This document shows positions 1 to 12,053 of a stretch of DNA of 64,000 bases, piece after piece. The notes under the pieces are model-generated. The model was not told the DNA's origin. It did no database searches and saw nothing but the letters and a program-made list of their open reading frames with translations. Each line of letters starts with the position of its first letter. Position 1 is the stretch's first letter. Source of the DNA: an uncultured candidate division Zixibacteria bacterium (lineage in GTDB: Bacteria > Zixibacteria > MSB-5A5 > RBG-16-43-9). The translations under genes were made by a program, and so were the position numbers. The stretch is from assembly GCA_963713865.1 (NCBI GenBank), contig OY970208.1, positions 2,144,001 through 2,208,000 on the forward strand, given 5' to 3'.

Positions 1-523
1 CAAGGATTACAATGTGACCATTGTATGAAAGTTCTTTTCCGGCTATAGTAGAGATTAAGGAAAAAATAAGCAGGGCCAATAAGAAAGCCAGTAAATAGAT
101 CAGGCAGGTGAGGATGAAGATTTTCAAAAAACTCCAGAAGTATCTAGCGCAATCCCCAAAGAATTTTTCACCTTTAAATTTCTGCTCCCCCTCCTTTAAA
201 TCCCTGAAGAAAGCGCCCCAGAGACCACCGGAGAGGAATATATAGCTGAAAACTGAGAATGCGCCGAGGATTAAAAATAACACCTGGTATAGACCAATGG
301 TTTTACGCCACTCCACCAGAAAATCTACCAGGAGAGAGAAATCGTATCCATTCAGGAAATTCAGGGATAAAGGGGATAAGGAAAAAGTCCTGGAGAACAT
401 ATAATAAGCCGGGATTAAAAGGAGAAGGGCAAAAAACAGCTTGAACAGAAATAGAATCAAGGCCAGGATTTTATTCTCCCAGACTTTTTTGATTCCATCT
501 CTAAATGAGTTCCATATAACCAT
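1..523 (-). CDS. Hypothetical multi-pass membrane protein (runs off the window)
   Basis: Read manually: ATG at 523, open to position 1 (MVIWNSFRDGIKKVWENKILALILFLFKLFFALLLLIP...), several hydrophobic segments. Not in the ORF track because its stop lies outside the window. Confidence 0.75.
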   Translation of the reverse strand, partial: MVIWNSFRDGIKKVWENKILALILFLFKLFFALLLLIPAYYMFSRTFSLSPLSLNFLNGYDFSLLVDFLVEWRKTIGLYQVLFLILGAFSVFSYIFLSGGLWGAFFRDLKEGEQKFKGEKFFGDCARYFWSFLKIFILTCLIYLLAFLLALLIFSLISTIAGKELSYNGHIVIL

Positions 524-547
524 TCTTTTAACCTTGAGGAAACCTTC

Positions 548-601
548 TGGATTGTAAACCTTTAGGTTTACCAAAAAGTAAAGCTTAAGCTTTACACTCC
601 A
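548..601. repeat. TGGAGTG...CACTCCA-type double-hairpin palindromic element
   Basis: GTAAACCTTTAGGTTTAC and GTAAAGCTTAAGCTTTAC hairpins; near-identical copy at 43685-43734. Confidence 0.75.
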
Positions 602-661
602 ATTAATTTTCAGATAACAATTTTTTACCTACAACTTATTATTTACCACCTAAAACCTTCT

Positions 662-2515
662 CTAAAACAAATCCATCATCCACTGAATAACGCTTTCCAT
701 CCAGAATAGATAATCTGAGAAAAACTTAAAAACCGGCCAGCGATAAGGATTGGTTGAAAGTGCGTTGTTATTGATATTTACATCTAAAATATTTACATAC
801 TTCGGACCTAGGGTAGCTGATTTGATTTTAGCTTTAGTCTTGAGTTTCAGCTTGGCCCATTTGTCTTTCCCATTCCAGCTTTCTTTGAGTTTCTCTCCAT
901 TCTCCAGTTCAATCTGAACTTCTACCGGTATAATTATCTCGCCATTCCGCCATAACTCAACTGTAGTCTCATAGAGTTTTTCTTTTTTATTCTTAGAGCT
1001 GCCTAGTTCTTCACTTTTTATTTTTCGCACTTCATAATCACAAGTTTTCGTCGAATAAAGCCAATCCTCGAAAAAGCTATCTAATTTTTGACCTGCTATC
1101 TCTTCTGTAATTATTATGAAATCCTCTATTTTCGGATGTTTGAACTGGTATCGGTTATAATATTCTTTAAGGAGCTTATCCATCTTCTCTTTTCCAATGG
1201 TATTTTCCAGAAGTTCCAAGATCAGAGAGGCTTTATAATAGACGTTTGTCGAATAGCTGAATAAATTTACAGATTTCCAGGCAGGTGTGACAACCAGGTC
1301 AAGTTTGGGAGCAGTTAAATAAGCCAGTCGAGATATATCCTGGTCAGAAAGCACAACTCCCCAGCGATTCAAGATATTCCCTTTCTCCCCGAATTCTTTT
1401 TCCATTATTTTTCGAGTAGTATAGGTAGTGAACCCCTCATCTAACCAGGCTTCCTCCGTCTCATTTGAAGCCACTATCCCATACCACCATTGATGAACCA
1501 GCTCGTGGACTATAACCCATTCATCGAGTTTCATATAACATAATAAGAAAGGAGTCTTGGGAGTCACAGTTATCATCATGGGACATTCCATTGCCCCTGC
1601 ACCCATACCAATAGAGATATCAGCTATAACTAACTTATTATAAGGGTATTTACCAAAATGAGAGTTGCAGTATGAAAGTGTAAACTCGGTTGCTTTTAGC
1701 CATCTTTGAAATTTATATAAATCCTCGGGCAGGATAAGGAAAATCACTTCTACCCCTTCAATATTTGCTTTTCTTATTTTAAAATCAGGGGAAGCGCAAA
1801 AAGAAAAGTCATGTACTTTTTCAGCATGAAAGGTAACTGTTTCTGTAGAATCTGGATTCTTTTTCTCATTAGTTATATCCCCCGTTCCATCAATTATATA
1901 TTTCAAAGGTAAGGTAATCGTAACATCATAAGTCCCAAAATCTGAATAATGTTCGGTTAAAAAATGCTGTGGTTGAGCGCTCCAGTTCCCATCTTTCTCT
2001 AAAACCGCCATCTTGGGTAACCAATCGCGCATAATATAATTATCCTTGTCATATCCCGATTCAAGGACTATTTTAGGCAGCTTCAGTTCAAATTCCAGCT
2101 CAAATTCGATATTCTCTCCGGGTTTCAGAGGCCTGGACAAAAAGATTTGCATTATGGTTTCATACATTTTGTATCTGAGTTCTTCTAAATGACTATTGAT
2201 CTTTTTTATCTTCAGATACCCTTTATATTCCTTTTTCTCCATCAATTTCTTTAGATCATCGCTTTCCTTAACAAAAATGGTTGAATCCGAGGAGAAGGCA
2301 TTAAGATTGAGATGAAGATATAATGTGCCTATGTCTTTATTCGAGGTGTTCAGGAAATAAATCCTTTCCTGTCCGGAGATTTTCTTTTCTTTATCCTCCA
2401 ACCTGATATCGACCTTATATGAAGCTACGGGAAGATATTCTGATTGAGCCTGAGAGAAAAAAAGGGCGAAGAGAAAAATAAAGATGAATTTATTTGGCTT
2501 GAGAATTTTATTCAT
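662..2515 (-). CDS. M1 family zinc metallopeptidase, secreted
   Basis: Signal peptide, GAME motif, HELVH (HExxH) followed by WLDEG. Confidence 0.9.
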   Translation of the reverse strand: MNKILKPNKFIFIFLFALFFSQAQSEYLPVASYKVDIRLEDKEKKISGQERIYFLNTSNKDIGTLYLHLNLNAFSSDSTIFVKESDDLKKLMEKKEYKGYLKIKKINSHLEELRYKMYETIMQIFLSRPLKPGENIEFELEFELKLPKIVLESGYDKDNYIMRDWLPKMAVLEKDGNWSAQPQHFLTEHYSDFGTYDVTITLPLKYIIDGTGDITNEKKNPDSTETVTFHAEKVHDFSFCASPDFKIRKANIEGVEVIFLILPEDLYKFQRWLKATEFTLSYCNSHFGKYPYNKLVIADISIGMGAGAMECPMMITVTPKTPFLLCYMKLDEWVIVHELVHQWWYGIVASNETEEAWLDEGFTTYTTRKIMEKEFGEKGNILNRWGVVLSDQDISRLAYLTAPKLDLVVTPAWKSVNLFSYSTNVYYKASLILELLENTIGKEKMDKLLKEYYNRYQFKHPKIEDFIIITEEIAGQKLDSFFEDWLYSTKTCDYEVRKIKSEELGSSKNKKEKLYETTVELWRNGEIIIPVEVQIELENGEKLKESWNGKDKWAKLKLKTKAKIKSATLGPKYVNILDVNINNNALSTNPYRWPVFKFFSDYLFWMESVIQWMMDLF

Positions 2516-2644
2516 CTTTTAAACCAAACATGTAGAGCATCCGCTTATAGCTTTGCATCAGCGTCCCTTAAAAAAAGGTCGTACTACAAAAACCAAAGGA
2601 AGAATGGGTGTATTGCAATACGCCCCTACGTATATCTTATCCGA

Positions 2645-3613
2645 TTAATTACATTTCTCTTTCTCACTCTGATCTTTGCCCATTAAAGCCAGAAGATGAG
2701 CTTCAACTGAGCAGGCTAAGGCTTTGAGATTATACCCACCCTCTAAAACTGAAACTATTCTTCCCTGACAGGTTTTATCTGCTAATTCCTTTATCACCTG
2801 AGTCATCCCCTTAAACCCATTTGACGTTAGTTGTAGATTGGTCAGAGGATCGTTCTTATGCCCGTCAAAGCCTGCAGAAATGAAGATAAAATCTGGAGCA
2901 AATTTTAAAGCAGCTGGATATAAGATGGTCTCAAATACTTCTTTGTACTCTAAGTCACCACTTCCGGCAAACATCGGGATATTCAACGTATATCCCATGC
3001 CCTCTCCTGAACCTTTCTCACTTTCCTTTCCTGTGCCAGGATAGAAGGGGGACTGATGAATGCTGAAGTAATATACTGAAGGATCAGAATAAAATGCTTT
3101 CTGGGTTCCATTACCATGATGGGCATCCCAGTCAACGATCAATACTTTTTTCAACCCGTATTTTTCCTGAACGTATCTTGCGCCTATGGCTACATTATTG
3201 AAGATACAGAAACCCATCCCCCGATTAGGCTCCGCATGATGACCAGGAGGCCGAATTGCGCAGAAAACATTATTAAACTTACCTTGCATCACACCATCTA
3301 CCCCTACCAGAACCCCTCCCACTGCCAGAAGGGCTATCCTGTAAGTTTCTGAGCTGATAACTGTACCCATATCCAGATTCCCCGGGGCATGTTTGGAGTA
3401 TTCCTCAATCAACTGAATATATTCAAGCGGATGGATTTTATTCACCCATTCTAAAGAAGGATTATGTGGTTCAATTTTCACCAGTTCTGCATAATAATTT
3501 TTTCTCTCTAAACAATCTAAAAGGAAAGAAAGTCTGGAAGGACTCTCTGGATGAATTTTACCAGTCTCGTGCTTAAGATAATCCGGGTGATATACTAATC
3601 CAGTAATTGACAT
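2645..3613 (-). CDS. Histone deacetylase family (class II-like) amidohydrolase
   Basis: HPE, RPPGHHA, DWDAHHGNGTQ, SAGFD and LEGGY motifs. Confidence 0.93.
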   Translation of the reverse strand: MSITGLVYHPDYLKHETGKIHPESPSRLSFLLDCLERKNYYAELVKIEPHNPSLEWVNKIHPLEYIQLIEEYSKHAPGNLDMGTVISSETYRIALLAVGGVLVGVDGVMQGKFNNVFCAIRPPGHHAEPNRGMGFCIFNNVAIGARYVQEKYGLKKVLIVDWDAHHGNGTQKAFYSDPSVYYFSIHQSPFYPGTGKESEKGSGEGMGYTLNIPMFAGSGDLEYKEVFETILYPAALKFAPDFIFISAGFDGHKNDPLTNLQLTSNGFKGMTQVIKELADKTCQGRIVSVLEGGYNLKALACSVEAHLLALMGKDQSEKEKCN

Positions 3614-3833
3614 CTTTTCAACTGTTGTACATTATCTTTTAGACCTAATAACCTACATTTATATAATAATTAAATCTTTAAAAGTGAGAAGTCAAGTATG
3701 TTAGAATAAATTTTTTTGCTTCTCTTTTTAAAATGACTTACCCTCCGTTGCTGGGGATACCAACGAAGAGCACACACCCAATAATCGTTGGTCTCCTGAC
3801 CACCGACCTTTATCTCGTTGGTACGGAGATTTT

Positions 3834-5204
3834 TTACACTTCTCTGCTTTTCCACTTCCCTAATTTAAACCAGAAAGCTAAAACTATCCCTTTCACCATA
3901 GAGGTCAAAGTTATTGCCCACCAGACTCCCGACACACCTAAATTAATCTTTATAGCCAAAAAATATGCTATGGGAATCCTCAAGATCGATCCGGGAACAG
4001 AAACTATCATCGGTGGAAGGGTATTACCAGCTCCGGAAAAGGCTCCTTCAAGAACTATCTCTACAGCCATAAAGATTTGAGATAATCCTAATATTTGCAG
4101 ATATTTAACTGCTATCCTGATCACCTTTTCATCCGATATAAAGAAAGCTGCGATATATCTGGGAAAAGAAAAAAACATCACCGAGATAAAGCCGGTGACC
4201 AGGATCACAATCAGGACCGTTCTCCAGGCAGATTTCTCTGCCCTCTCCGGTTTTTTTGCACCCAAGTTCTGACCAACTAAAGCTGCTGCTGCCATAGAGA
4301 AACCAAAGCAGGTAAGGTAGGATAGAGATTCAGACCTGTTTCCTATGCCTAAAGCTGCAACCGCATCCGTTCCAAAATGAGCGGTTATTTTATTGAGAAA
4401 AAGATAAACCAGACTAAAAACAATACCTGCAATTGAAGTAGGTATACCTATTTTTAAAATTCGGTAAACAGTTTTAAGATCGATTTTTGTCCTATCTCTC
4501 AAACTTATTTTGAATGGAAGTTTTCCTTTATTAATATGACGCATAAAAAGGAGCACTCCTAAGAACTGTGAAGTAACTGTAGCTATGGCGGCACCTGTTG
4601 CTCCTAATTTTGGAAAAGGACCTAACCCGAAGATTAACACCGGGTCTAATAAGATATTTACTCCTACCGCTATCAGAGCTACCCTTAAAGGGGTTTTGGT
4701 ATCCCCGGATGCTCTGAATACACCACTTAAAGTATCTATCAGGAAGAAAAAGGGAGCACCTAAAAAGATTATGCGGAGATATTTTGATCCGATCAGAGAT
4801 ACTTCTTTTTCAGTCCCCATCAAATTGAAAAACTGCGGAGCTAAGATTATACCTATTAAAGTTAATAAAGATGCGGCTAAAATTGCAAACTGAAATGCCT
4901 GGCTGGATATGTAACCTGCCTGTTCTGGGTCCTTTGACCCAATAGACCTGGAAACCAAAGCTACTACTCCCACCGAGATAATCGAAGCTAAAGAATATAT
5001 GATCCAGATTACAAAGACAGAAGAAATCACCGCCGCCAAAGAAGTTGCTCCTAATTTCCCTACCCAGAAAGCGTTTGCAATGGAGAAGAAGGTCTCCAGG
5101 AACATCGAGGTAACCGCAGGCCAGGCAAGATTGAAGATGTTTCTGGTTATGTTACCGGAAGTCAAATCTAATCTATTGCTCTTTGTTTCCATTATCTCAG
5201 TCAT
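3834..5204 (-). CDS. MATE family efflux transporter
   Basis: About 12 TM segments; GDTKTP, NILLDP and GQNLGA motifs. Confidence 0.92.
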   Translation of the reverse strand: MTEIMETKSNRLDLTSGNITRNIFNLAWPAVTSMFLETFFSIANAFWVGKLGATSLAAVISSVFVIWIIYSLASIISVGVVALVSRSIGSKDPEQAGYISSQAFQFAILAASLLTLIGIILAPQFFNLMGTEKEVSLIGSKYLRIIFLGAPFFFLIDTLSGVFRASGDTKTPLRVALIAVGVNILLDPVLIFGLGPFPKLGATGAAIATVTSQFLGVLLFMRHINKGKLPFKISLRDRTKIDLKTVYRILKIGIPTSIAGIVFSLVYLFLNKITAHFGTDAVAALGIGNRSESLSYLTCFGFSMAAAALVGQNLGAKKPERAEKSAWRTVLIVILVTGFISVMFFSFPRYIAAFFISDEKVIRIAVKYLQILGLSQIFMAVEIVLEGAFSGAGNTLPPMIVSVPGSILRIPIAYFLAIKINLGVSGVWWAITLTSMVKGIVLAFWFKLGKWKSREV

Positions 5205-5255
5205 ATTTAAGCTTTAAGCTTTCAACTTTTAGTTATTGACTTTAACCTATAGACT

Positions 5256-6122
5256 TTAGACTAAATTAGAAGCCTGCTTCTTTGCGTGATATGAGCTTCT
5301 GACCAGAGGTCCAGATTCCACTTTTAAAAAACCGAACTTTACACCAATTTTCCCCAACTCAACAAACTCTTCAGGAGAATAATATTTCTTCACTGGCAGA
5401 TGTTTATCCGAAGGAGAAAGATATTGTCCTATAGTAAGCAGATCGCAATTAACCTTTCTAAGATCCTTTAGTAGTTCGACTATCTCCCCCCATTCTTCCC
5501 CCATCCCGATAATAATCCCGGATTTAGTAATAATCGAACTATCATATTCTTTTGACTTCTCCAGTAAAATCAAAGACCTCTTGTAATCCGCACCTTTTCT
5601 AACCACAGGGTAAAGCCTTTTTACCGTCTCTAAATTGTGATTCAAAACCTCCGGTCTTTCCTTAAGTACAATCTTTAATGGTTCAATCTCACCCCTAAAA
5701 TCCGGAACCAAAACCTCGATTTTACAATCAGGATTCAAATTTCTAATCTCCCTTATCACCTGAGCGAAATGTGATGCACCCCCGTCTTTTAAATCATCTC
5801 TGGTAACAGAGGTTATCACTGCGTATTCCAAACCTAAGTTTTTTACTGCTTGAGCAATATGCAGAGGCTTTGAAGGGTCTAAAGGTAGAGGTACCCCTCT
5901 ATCCACATCGCAAAAATTACAACCCCGGGTGCAGATTTTTCCTAAGATTAGAAAAGTTGCAGTCTTCTCCTCAAAGCAGGTACCGATATTAGGACAATTA
6001 GCCTCCTGGCAAACCGTATGTAAATTTAACTGAGCTAAAAGAGATTTTACTCTTCTATAATTTTCTCCAAAAGGGGGGGTAACTTTTAGCCAGAGAGGTA
6101 ATCTTTCTCTTTTAATTTTCAT
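5256..6122 (-). CDS. lipA: Lipoyl synthase
   Basis: CQEANCPNIGTC auxiliary-cluster motif, CTRGCNFC radical SAM motif, C-terminal RSSY. Confidence 0.97.
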   Translation of the reverse strand: MKIKRERLPLWLKVTPPFGENYRRVKSLLAQLNLHTVCQEANCPNIGTCFEEKTATFLILGKICTRGCNFCDVDRGVPLPLDPSKPLHIAQAVKNLGLEYAVITSVTRDDLKDGGASHFAQVIREIRNLNPDCKIEVLVPDFRGEIEPLKIVLKERPEVLNHNLETVKRLYPVVRKGADYKRSLILLEKSKEYDSSIITKSGIIIGMGEEWGEIVELLKDLRKVNCDLLTIGQYLSPSDKHLPVKKYYSPEEFVELGKIGVKFGFLKVESGPLVRSSYHAKKQASNLV

Positions 6123-6155
6123 ATCATTAATCTATTCATTGTCACTGCGAATTTC

Positions 6156-6226
6156 GTAGCGTCGGGCTTTATGCCCGACGTTTAACTTATTCACGGATAA
6201 GAGGGGCGAGGAAACCTCGCCCCTAC
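6156..6226. repeat. GTAG-type REP pair
   Basis: 6156-6180 is the exact reverse complement of 19711-19735; 6204-6226 is the reverse complement of the REPs at 30835 and 63313. Confidence 0.85.
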
Positions 6227-6306
6227 AAACCCAATCCGCCATTGGTTATTCGTAATTCGTATTTTTTGTCTTCTTTTTGCATTTTCCTTCTCTCCCTAAA
6301 TTCATA

Positions 6307-6335
6307 TTGACAAAAATAAAAATTTCCTTTAAAAT
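6307..6335 (+). promoter_or_regulatory. Sigma70-type promoter for trxB
   Basis: TTGACA-17 nt-TAAAAT. Confidence 0.6.
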
Positions 6336-6461
6336 TAATAACCGAACCGCCTGAGGCGGGAGAAATAAAATTTCTTTAATCTAACGTATGAAGATTTAAA
6401 AATCAAGCCAAACCAAGGACTTATATGTTTAAAACACATTATTAACTTCAGAGGATAAAAA

Positions 6462-7436
6462 ATGACAGAATTATTTTTCAAAACCCCTTCCGAAAAAAAA
6501 TCACCGCAGGATAAAGATAAAGTTTATGATCTGATAATCTTAGGAGGAGGACCAGCAGGTTTAACTGCAGCCATCTATGCCACCCGTTCCAAACTGGATA
6601 CCCTATTGATTGAAAAAGCCGTGCCCGGAGGATACGTCTCTTCAACTGACTGGATAGATAATTATCCTGGTTTTACAGAGGGTGTCTCCGGGATGGAGCT
6701 TTCCAAAAAGATGGAAGACCACGCTAAGAGATTCGGCGCGAATATAATCTTAGATGAAGTTGTAGAGGTGGATTTGAAATCAGAGCCAAAAACAGTTAAG
6801 ACCAATCAAGGTAAGTATCAAGCTCGAGCCATAATCCTTGCCACCGGAAACGAGCCTAAGAAACTGAACGTTCCCGGAGAGGAGAAATTCAGAGGCAGAG
6901 GGATATCTTATTGTGCCACCTGCGATGGACCTTTTTTCAAGGATAAGGACATTATCATTGTTGGATGTGGAAATTCTGGTATTCAGGAAGGGCTTTACCT
7001 TTTAAGATTTGTCAAAAGCATAACCTATGTGGAAATTCTTCCTTACATAATTGCTGAAAAAATCCTCCAGGAAAAAGCCCTGCGGGAACCGAAGATGAAA
7101 TTCTATTTAGAGCATGAGCTTTTATCCATAGATGGAAAAGACAGGGTTGAATCCGTTACTATCCAGAATCTAAAAACTAAAAATAACATTATAATTCCTG
7201 CCCAGGGTGTATTTTTCTACGTGGGCTTAGTACCAAAAACTGAACTTTTTAAAAGTAAAATTGATTTAGCTAAGGATGGCTATATTATATCTGATGAAAA
7301 TACAAAAACCTCGTTACCTGGAGTTTTCGCGGCTGGAGATGTAAGGCAGAAAAGTCTCAGACAGATTGCAACCGCAGTAGGAGATGGCGCTATTGCTGCA
7401 GTTATGGCACAGAAATATTTAGAGGAGAAAGTGTAG
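6462..7436 (+). CDS. trxB: Thioredoxin-disulfide reductase
   Basis: GGGPAG, CATCDG and AAGD motifs. Confidence 0.95.
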   Translation: MTELFFKTPSEKKSPQDKDKVYDLIILGGGPAGLTAAIYATRSKLDTLLIEKAVPGGYVSSTDWIDNYPGFTEGVSGMELSKKMEDHAKRFGANIILDEVVEVDLKSEPKTVKTNQGKYQARAIILATGNEPKKLNVPGEEKFRGRGISYCATCDGPFFKDKDIIIVGCGNSGIQEGLYLLRFVKSITYVEILPYIIAEKILQEKALREPKMKFYLEHELLSIDGKDRVESVTIQNLKTKNNIIIPAQGVFFYVGLVPKTELFKSKIDLAKDGYIISDENTKTSLPGVFAAGDVRQKSLRQIATAVGDGAIAAVMAQKYLEEKV

Positions 7437-7577
7437 TAGAGGTCTTCAGACCTCCTAAAAAATGGAAGACTGAAGTCTCAAGACCTTGATGGCCTTCCAC
7501 TACCCGTCCCGCATAAATGCGGGACGCCACATCTTTTTTCCCTATCACCTATTACCTATAACCTACCACCTGTTTTA

Positions 7578-8132
7578 TTAATATTCAATCCCCTCCTGGG
7601 CTAAAATCCCCTTTCTGAAAGGATGCTTTATCTCTTTCATCTCCGTAATTAAATCCGCAACCTGAATTAATTTCTTGGGAGCATCTCTGCCGGTTAAAAC
7701 TATATGAACCTTATTCTTTAATTTTTTTATGAATTTAATCACCTCATCTATCTTAAGCAATCTCAGCTTTAAAGCCACATTTATCTCATCTAAGATTATC
7801 ATAAAATACCTGCTGGATAAACCCCGTATCTTGGCAAATTCCAAAGCCCTTTTAGCTGCTTTTTTGTGTTCAGACAACGGAAGCTTATCACCAAAAATTC
7901 CCACGTAACCTTTGCCCATAGAATAAATCTCTATTTTATGTGGATGTTTTTTACAGAACTTTATCTCCCCATAATCTAAGAAATCTTTAATGAACTGAAC
8001 CATCAAAACTCTTTTCCCCTGTCCGGCAGCCCGTATCGCCATCCCCAGGGCAGAGGTGGTTTTCCCCTTGCCATCCCCGGTGAAAATCATCACCAAGTTT
8101 TTTTGATTTTCTTTTGATCTTTTTTTCTTCAT
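7578..8132 (-). CDS. cobO: Cob(I)yrinic acid a,c-diamide adenosyltransferase
   Basis: TGDGKGKTT, QFIK, ILDE, LTGR and KHPF motifs. Confidence 0.92.
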   Translation of the reverse strand: MKKKRSKENQKNLVMIFTGDGKGKTTSALGMAIRAAGQGKRVLMVQFIKDFLDYGEIKFCKKHPHKIEIYSMGKGYVGIFGDKLPLSEHKKAAKRALEFAKIRGLSSRYFMIILDEINVALKLRLLKIDEVIKFIKKLKNKVHIVLTGRDAPKKLIQVADLITEMKEIKHPFRKGILAQEGIEY

Positions 8133-8332
8133 TTTTACAACCTCTGAATTATTCGTTAAGACGCATTCAATGCGTCTCTACAAGAACCACAAGGGCAGGC
8201 ACAGGGGTCTGCCCCTACAAATTTCGTTCGTTATCCATCATCCCTCATATCTATTTTTTCTTTCTTATTCATTATTCGATATCCGTCATCAGTAATTTAT
8301 TATCTTTCTTATCTTCCTTCTCCCTTTTTCTT

Positions 8333-9664
8333 TTATTCCGGTGGCTGTGGAATAATATGTGAATCCATTAAAACTTCCGCTTGCTTTCTGGCTCTTTTTA
8401 TCATTTTAGTTGCCTGTTCTAACAGCTCAGATTTAGATGGCTTTACCCTTGCCAGACCTTGCTCAATTGCCTTTAAGCCCACTGCCACAGCTTCCCGCGG
8501 ATATACTTCCCAATCCTCCATCGTGGGAATAAGATATTCCTCATGTATCCCTCTATCCTGGGCAGTCTGAGCCAGTTCGTAAGCCGCAGTAATAACCATC
8601 TCATCCGTAATCGTCTTAGCCCTGACATCTAAGGTTCCTCTGAAAATACCCGGAAAACCCAAAGAATTATTTATCTGATTTGGGAAATCAGATCTTCCGG
8701 TTGCAACTATCCTGGCACCAGCTTCTTTTGCCTCCCAGGGCCAGATCTCCGGCACCGGATTGGCACACACGAAAACTACCGGATCTTTTGCCATATCCGC
8801 AATCCACTCTTTCTTAATAACACCAGGACCAGAGGCAGAAAGAGCTATAACCATATCCATCCCTTTCATCGCCTCTGCAATCCCACCTTTTCTTTTATCC
8901 TTATTAGTTATCTGGCAGAACCTGTATCTTGGATCGTTTTTTCCAAAATCTTTCCTGTCCGGATGAAGTGTCCCATTTATATCCGTCATAATTACCTTGG
9001 CCGGATCAACTCCAGCCGATAATAAAAGTCTTAAAATAGCAGTATTAGCCGCCCCAGCTCCGATCATGGAAATTTTAACCTCTCCCATCTTTTTGCCAGT
9101 GATCTTTAAAGCATTAATCAACCCCGCTAGGGTTACTGCCGCAGTTCCCTGCTGGTCATCATGCCACACTGGAATGTGAGCTTCCTGCCTAAGTCTATCC
9201 AGGACATAGAAACATTTGGGTTGAGCAATATCCTCTAAATTCACTCCTCCGAAAGAGGGCTGAATCAATTTCACTACTTTGATCAGCTCATCCGGGTCTT
9301 TAGTCTCAACGCAGATCGGGTAAGCATCCACCCCGCCGAGATATTTGAATAATAAAGCTTTCCCTTCCATCACTGGTAACCCAGCTTCTGGACCTATATC
9401 CCCCAAACCTAAAACCCTGGTTCCATCAGAAACCACTGCCACTGCATTCCCTTTGTTGGTATGTTCATAAACCTTGTTCGGGTCTTTAGCTATTTCTTTA
9501 CAAGGTTGTGCTACTCCGGGAGTATACCAGATGGCAAAATCGTTAAAATCCCGGATAATACATTTCGGGGCTATCTCTATTTTACCCTTATAAAAAGGGT
9601 GCAATTTTAAAGCATCCTTACCCGGCTTTTCAGCATTAGCTATCTTCTGCTCTTTGGTTAACAT
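8333..9664 (-). CDS. NAD(P)-dependent malic enzyme (no PTA domain)
   Basis: [33 protein letters not shown] and [10 protein letters not shown] motifs. Confidence 0.93.
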   Translation of the reverse strand: MLTKEQKIANAEKPGKDALKLHPFYKGKIEIAPKCIIRDFNDFAIWYTPGVAQPCKEIAKDPNKVYEHTNKGNAVAVVSDGTRVLGLGDIGPEAGLPVMEGKALLFKYLGGVDAYPICVETKDPDELIKVVKLIQPSFGGVNLEDIAQPKCFYVLDRLRQEAHIPVWHDDQQGTAAVTLAGLINALKITGKKMGEVKISMIGAGAANTAILRLLLSAGVDPAKVIMTDINGTLHPDRKDFGKNDPRYRFCQITNKDKRKGGIAEAMKGMDMVIALSASGPGVIKKEWIADMAKDPVVFVCANPVPEIWPWEAKEAGARIVATGRSDFPNQINNSLGFPGIFRGTLDVRAKTITDEMVITAAYELAQTAQDRGIHEEYLIPTMEDWEVYPREAVAVGLKAIEQGLARVKPSKSELLEQATKMIKRARKQAEVLMDSHIIPQPPE

Positions 9665-9895
9665 AAACTACAAATCTCCTTTCTCTAATCTACTCTTATC
9701 TGTTCTTTAATTCCAACTATTTTTGTCTTTCGTAGGACAATCCTGAAGGGTTGCCCTACATTTACTTCATTTACTTGTAGTGAGGAGGGTGGAGACCCTG
9801 TAAAATCTGGGTTTCGCTTAGCTTAACAAGCTCCATCTCCACGCTATTTTTTTGTTTTTATACCCTTTAACCTTTGATCTCTATTAGAAAGAGCA

Positions 9896-9926
9896 ATAGC
9901 ACAGGGTTATCTTTCCTGTGCTATTT
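9896..9926 (-). terminator. Stem-loop downstream of porB
   Basis: AATAGCACAGG-N9-CCTGTGCTATT inverted repeat. Confidence 0.5.
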
Positions 9927-9951
9927 CTTCTTAAGAGATAAATAAAATCGA

Positions 9952-10875
9952 TTACATCAGGTTGAACTTTCTTATATTTTCATCCGCCATCGCCTGAATC
10001 CTCTTCAGCTCTTCCTCAAATCCTTCTTTTCTAAAGAGATGCCTGAACCTTCCCTGCAGTTTCAAATATTCCTCAACCGGCATCTTCTTGGTTATCTTAC
10101 GGACTGAGGTGATTACTCCATTTTCCATCTCATAAACAGGTATAAGTCCGGTTTGTACTGCAAGTTTAGCTACTTTTATAGTATCGTGAGGCTCATGTGC
10201 CCAGCCCAAAGGACAGGGACAGTGGATCTGAAGATATTTAGGTCCAACTATATTTAAAGCCTTTTGAACCTTCTTCTCTATGTCTTTCAAATAGGCAACT
10301 GAGGCGGTTGCTACATAGGGTATTCCGTGAGCTGCGGCAATGGCTGGCATATTCTTTTTGTCAGTCTGGTTTCCCCAGGAAACTTTTCCTGAAGGGCTGG
10401 TAGAGGTCCACGCTTCAAACGGGGTTAAACCGCTTCTCTGCACACCGGTATTCATATAAGCTTCATTATCATAACATATATATAATATATTATGCCCTCT
10501 TTCGAACATACCGGATAGACAACCTATACCAATATCTGCGGTTGCTCCATCTCCACCCTGAGCAATAATTTTAGCCTCTTTTTCCCTTCCCAACGCTTTC
10601 AGGGCTACTTCTATTCCGGAGGCAACTGCGGCTGAATTCTCAAATAACGAATGAATCCAGGGCATCTTCCAAGCAGACTGAGGATAAGAAGTAGAGAAAA
10701 CCTCTAAACAGCCGGTGGCGGCAGTTACAATCACATCTTTTCCTGCAGTATTCATAGCTGTCCTGGCAGCCAGGGCTAAGCCACATCCAGAACAGGCTTT
10801 ATGTCCTGGTGCAAGCTGGCTCTCAGTTATCTCCTCTTTTACCTTTTTACCGATAGTAAGTTCTTCTTTTGCCAT
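9952..10875 (-). CDS. porB: Pyruvate:ferredoxin oxidoreductase beta subunit
   Basis: GHKACSGCG and GGDG...[10 protein letters not shown] (TPP binding); start moved to MAKEEL after a GGAGG RBS. Confidence 0.92.
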   Translation of the reverse strand: MAKEELTIGKKVKEEITESQLAPGHKACSGCGLALAARTAMNTAGKDVIVTAATGCLEVFSTSYPQSAWKMPWIHSLFENSAAVASGIEVALKALGREKEAKIIAQGGDGATADIGIGCLSGMFERGHNILYICYDNEAYMNTGVQRSGLTPFEAWTSTSPSGKVSWGNQTDKKNMPAIAAAHGIPYVATASVAYLKDIEKKVQKALNIVGPKYLQIHCPCPLGWAHEPHDTIKVAKLAVQTGLIPVYEMENGVITSVRKITKKMPVEEYLKLQGRFRHLFRKEGFEEELKRIQAMADENIRKFNLM

Positions 10876-10876
10876 C

Positions 10877-12052
10877 TTATTTCCCTCCACCGATTAAATG
10901 CTCTTTCAAATCGACAAAACCATTCTCCACCACCGAAGTTTCACCTTTCTCAATTACCTTAACAATTGATTCCTTGGGAATATCTCTCCCTCCTAAGCCG
11001 GCAATAAACCCTGAAACTTTTGGCTGAGTCGGTTTACCATATAAGGCTGCCTTAATATCATCATACAACATCCCAGAAGCACCTAAGGAGATAGCCTTTT
11101 CGATCACAATTACGTTCTTGACATTTTTAAGAGCATCATAAACAGCTTTCTTAGGGAAAGGTCTGTATGCTCTGATTTTTAAGACTCCGACCTTTTTACC
11201 TTTATCTCTTAACTCATCCACAACTTCTTTTATAGTCCCAACTACTGAGCCCATAGAGATAACTGCAGTCTCTGCTCCATCTAATCTATAGTTTTCCACT
11301 AAACCACCCGAATATCTGCCAAAGGTTTTATTGAACTGGTTTGCTACTTCCTCGATCATATCTGCGGAAACCTCGATCGCTTTCTGCAGTCTGTACCTTT
11401 CTTCCATATACCAGTCTGGCTCCGCTAAAATTCCGAATGTTAAAGGATTTTTAGTGGTCAGGTATAACTCCGGTTTATAAGGCGGTAAAAATTCATCTGC
11501 CATCTTCTGGTCTAAAAGTTCAATCGGCTCAAAAGCATGAGTCAGGATAAACCCATCCATATTGACCATTACCGGGAGCATAATCTCCGGATGCTCCCCG
11601 ATCTTGAAAGCCTGTAATTGCATATCTGCGGCTTCCTGATTATCCTCAGCAAAAAGCAAAATCCAGCCTGAATCCCTGACCGTCATCGCATCCTGCTGGT
11701 CGTTCCAGATATTGATCGGAGCAGAAATCGCCCGATTAGCACAGGTGATAGACACCGGCAATCTTAATCCTGCAATGTTAAACAAAACCTCCGCCATTAA
11801 AAGAAGACCCTGAGCGGTTGTGGTCGAATAAGCCCTGGCACCAGTAGCTGAGGCACCCAGGACCACTGAGGCGGCACCAAATTCGCTCTCTACATTTATA
11901 AACTGGGATTTAAGTTCCCCATCTGCTACAAACTGCGAAAGATTCTCCACAATATGAGTCTGGGGAGTAATCGGATAAGCTGATATCACGTGTGGTCGGC
12001 AGACTTTTACCGCCTCTGCTACGGCCATTGATCCTTCGATAACTTTTCTCAT
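10877..12052 (-). CDS. porA: Pyruvate:ferredoxin oxidoreductase alpha subunit
   Basis: [11 protein letters not shown] and GLGGRD motifs. Confidence 0.92.
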   Translation of the reverse strand: MRKVIEGSMAVAEAVKVCRPHVISAYPITPQTHIVENLSQFVADGELKSQFINVESEFGAASVVLGASATGARAYSTTTAQGLLLMAEVLFNIAGLRLPVSITCANRAISAPINIWNDQQDAMTVRDSGWILLFAEDNQEAADMQLQAFKIGEHPEIMLPVMVNMDGFILTHAFEPIELLDQKMADEFLPPYKPELYLTTKNPLTFGILAEPDWYMEERYRLQKAIEVSADMIEEVANQFNKTFGRYSGGLVENYRLDGAETAVISMGSVVGTIKEVVDELRDKGKKVGVLKIRAYRPFPKKAVYDALKNVKNVIVIEKAISLGASGMLYDDIKAALYGKPTQPKVSGFIAGLGGRDIPKESIVKVIEKGETSVVENGFVDLKEHLIGGGK

Positions 12053-12053
12053 C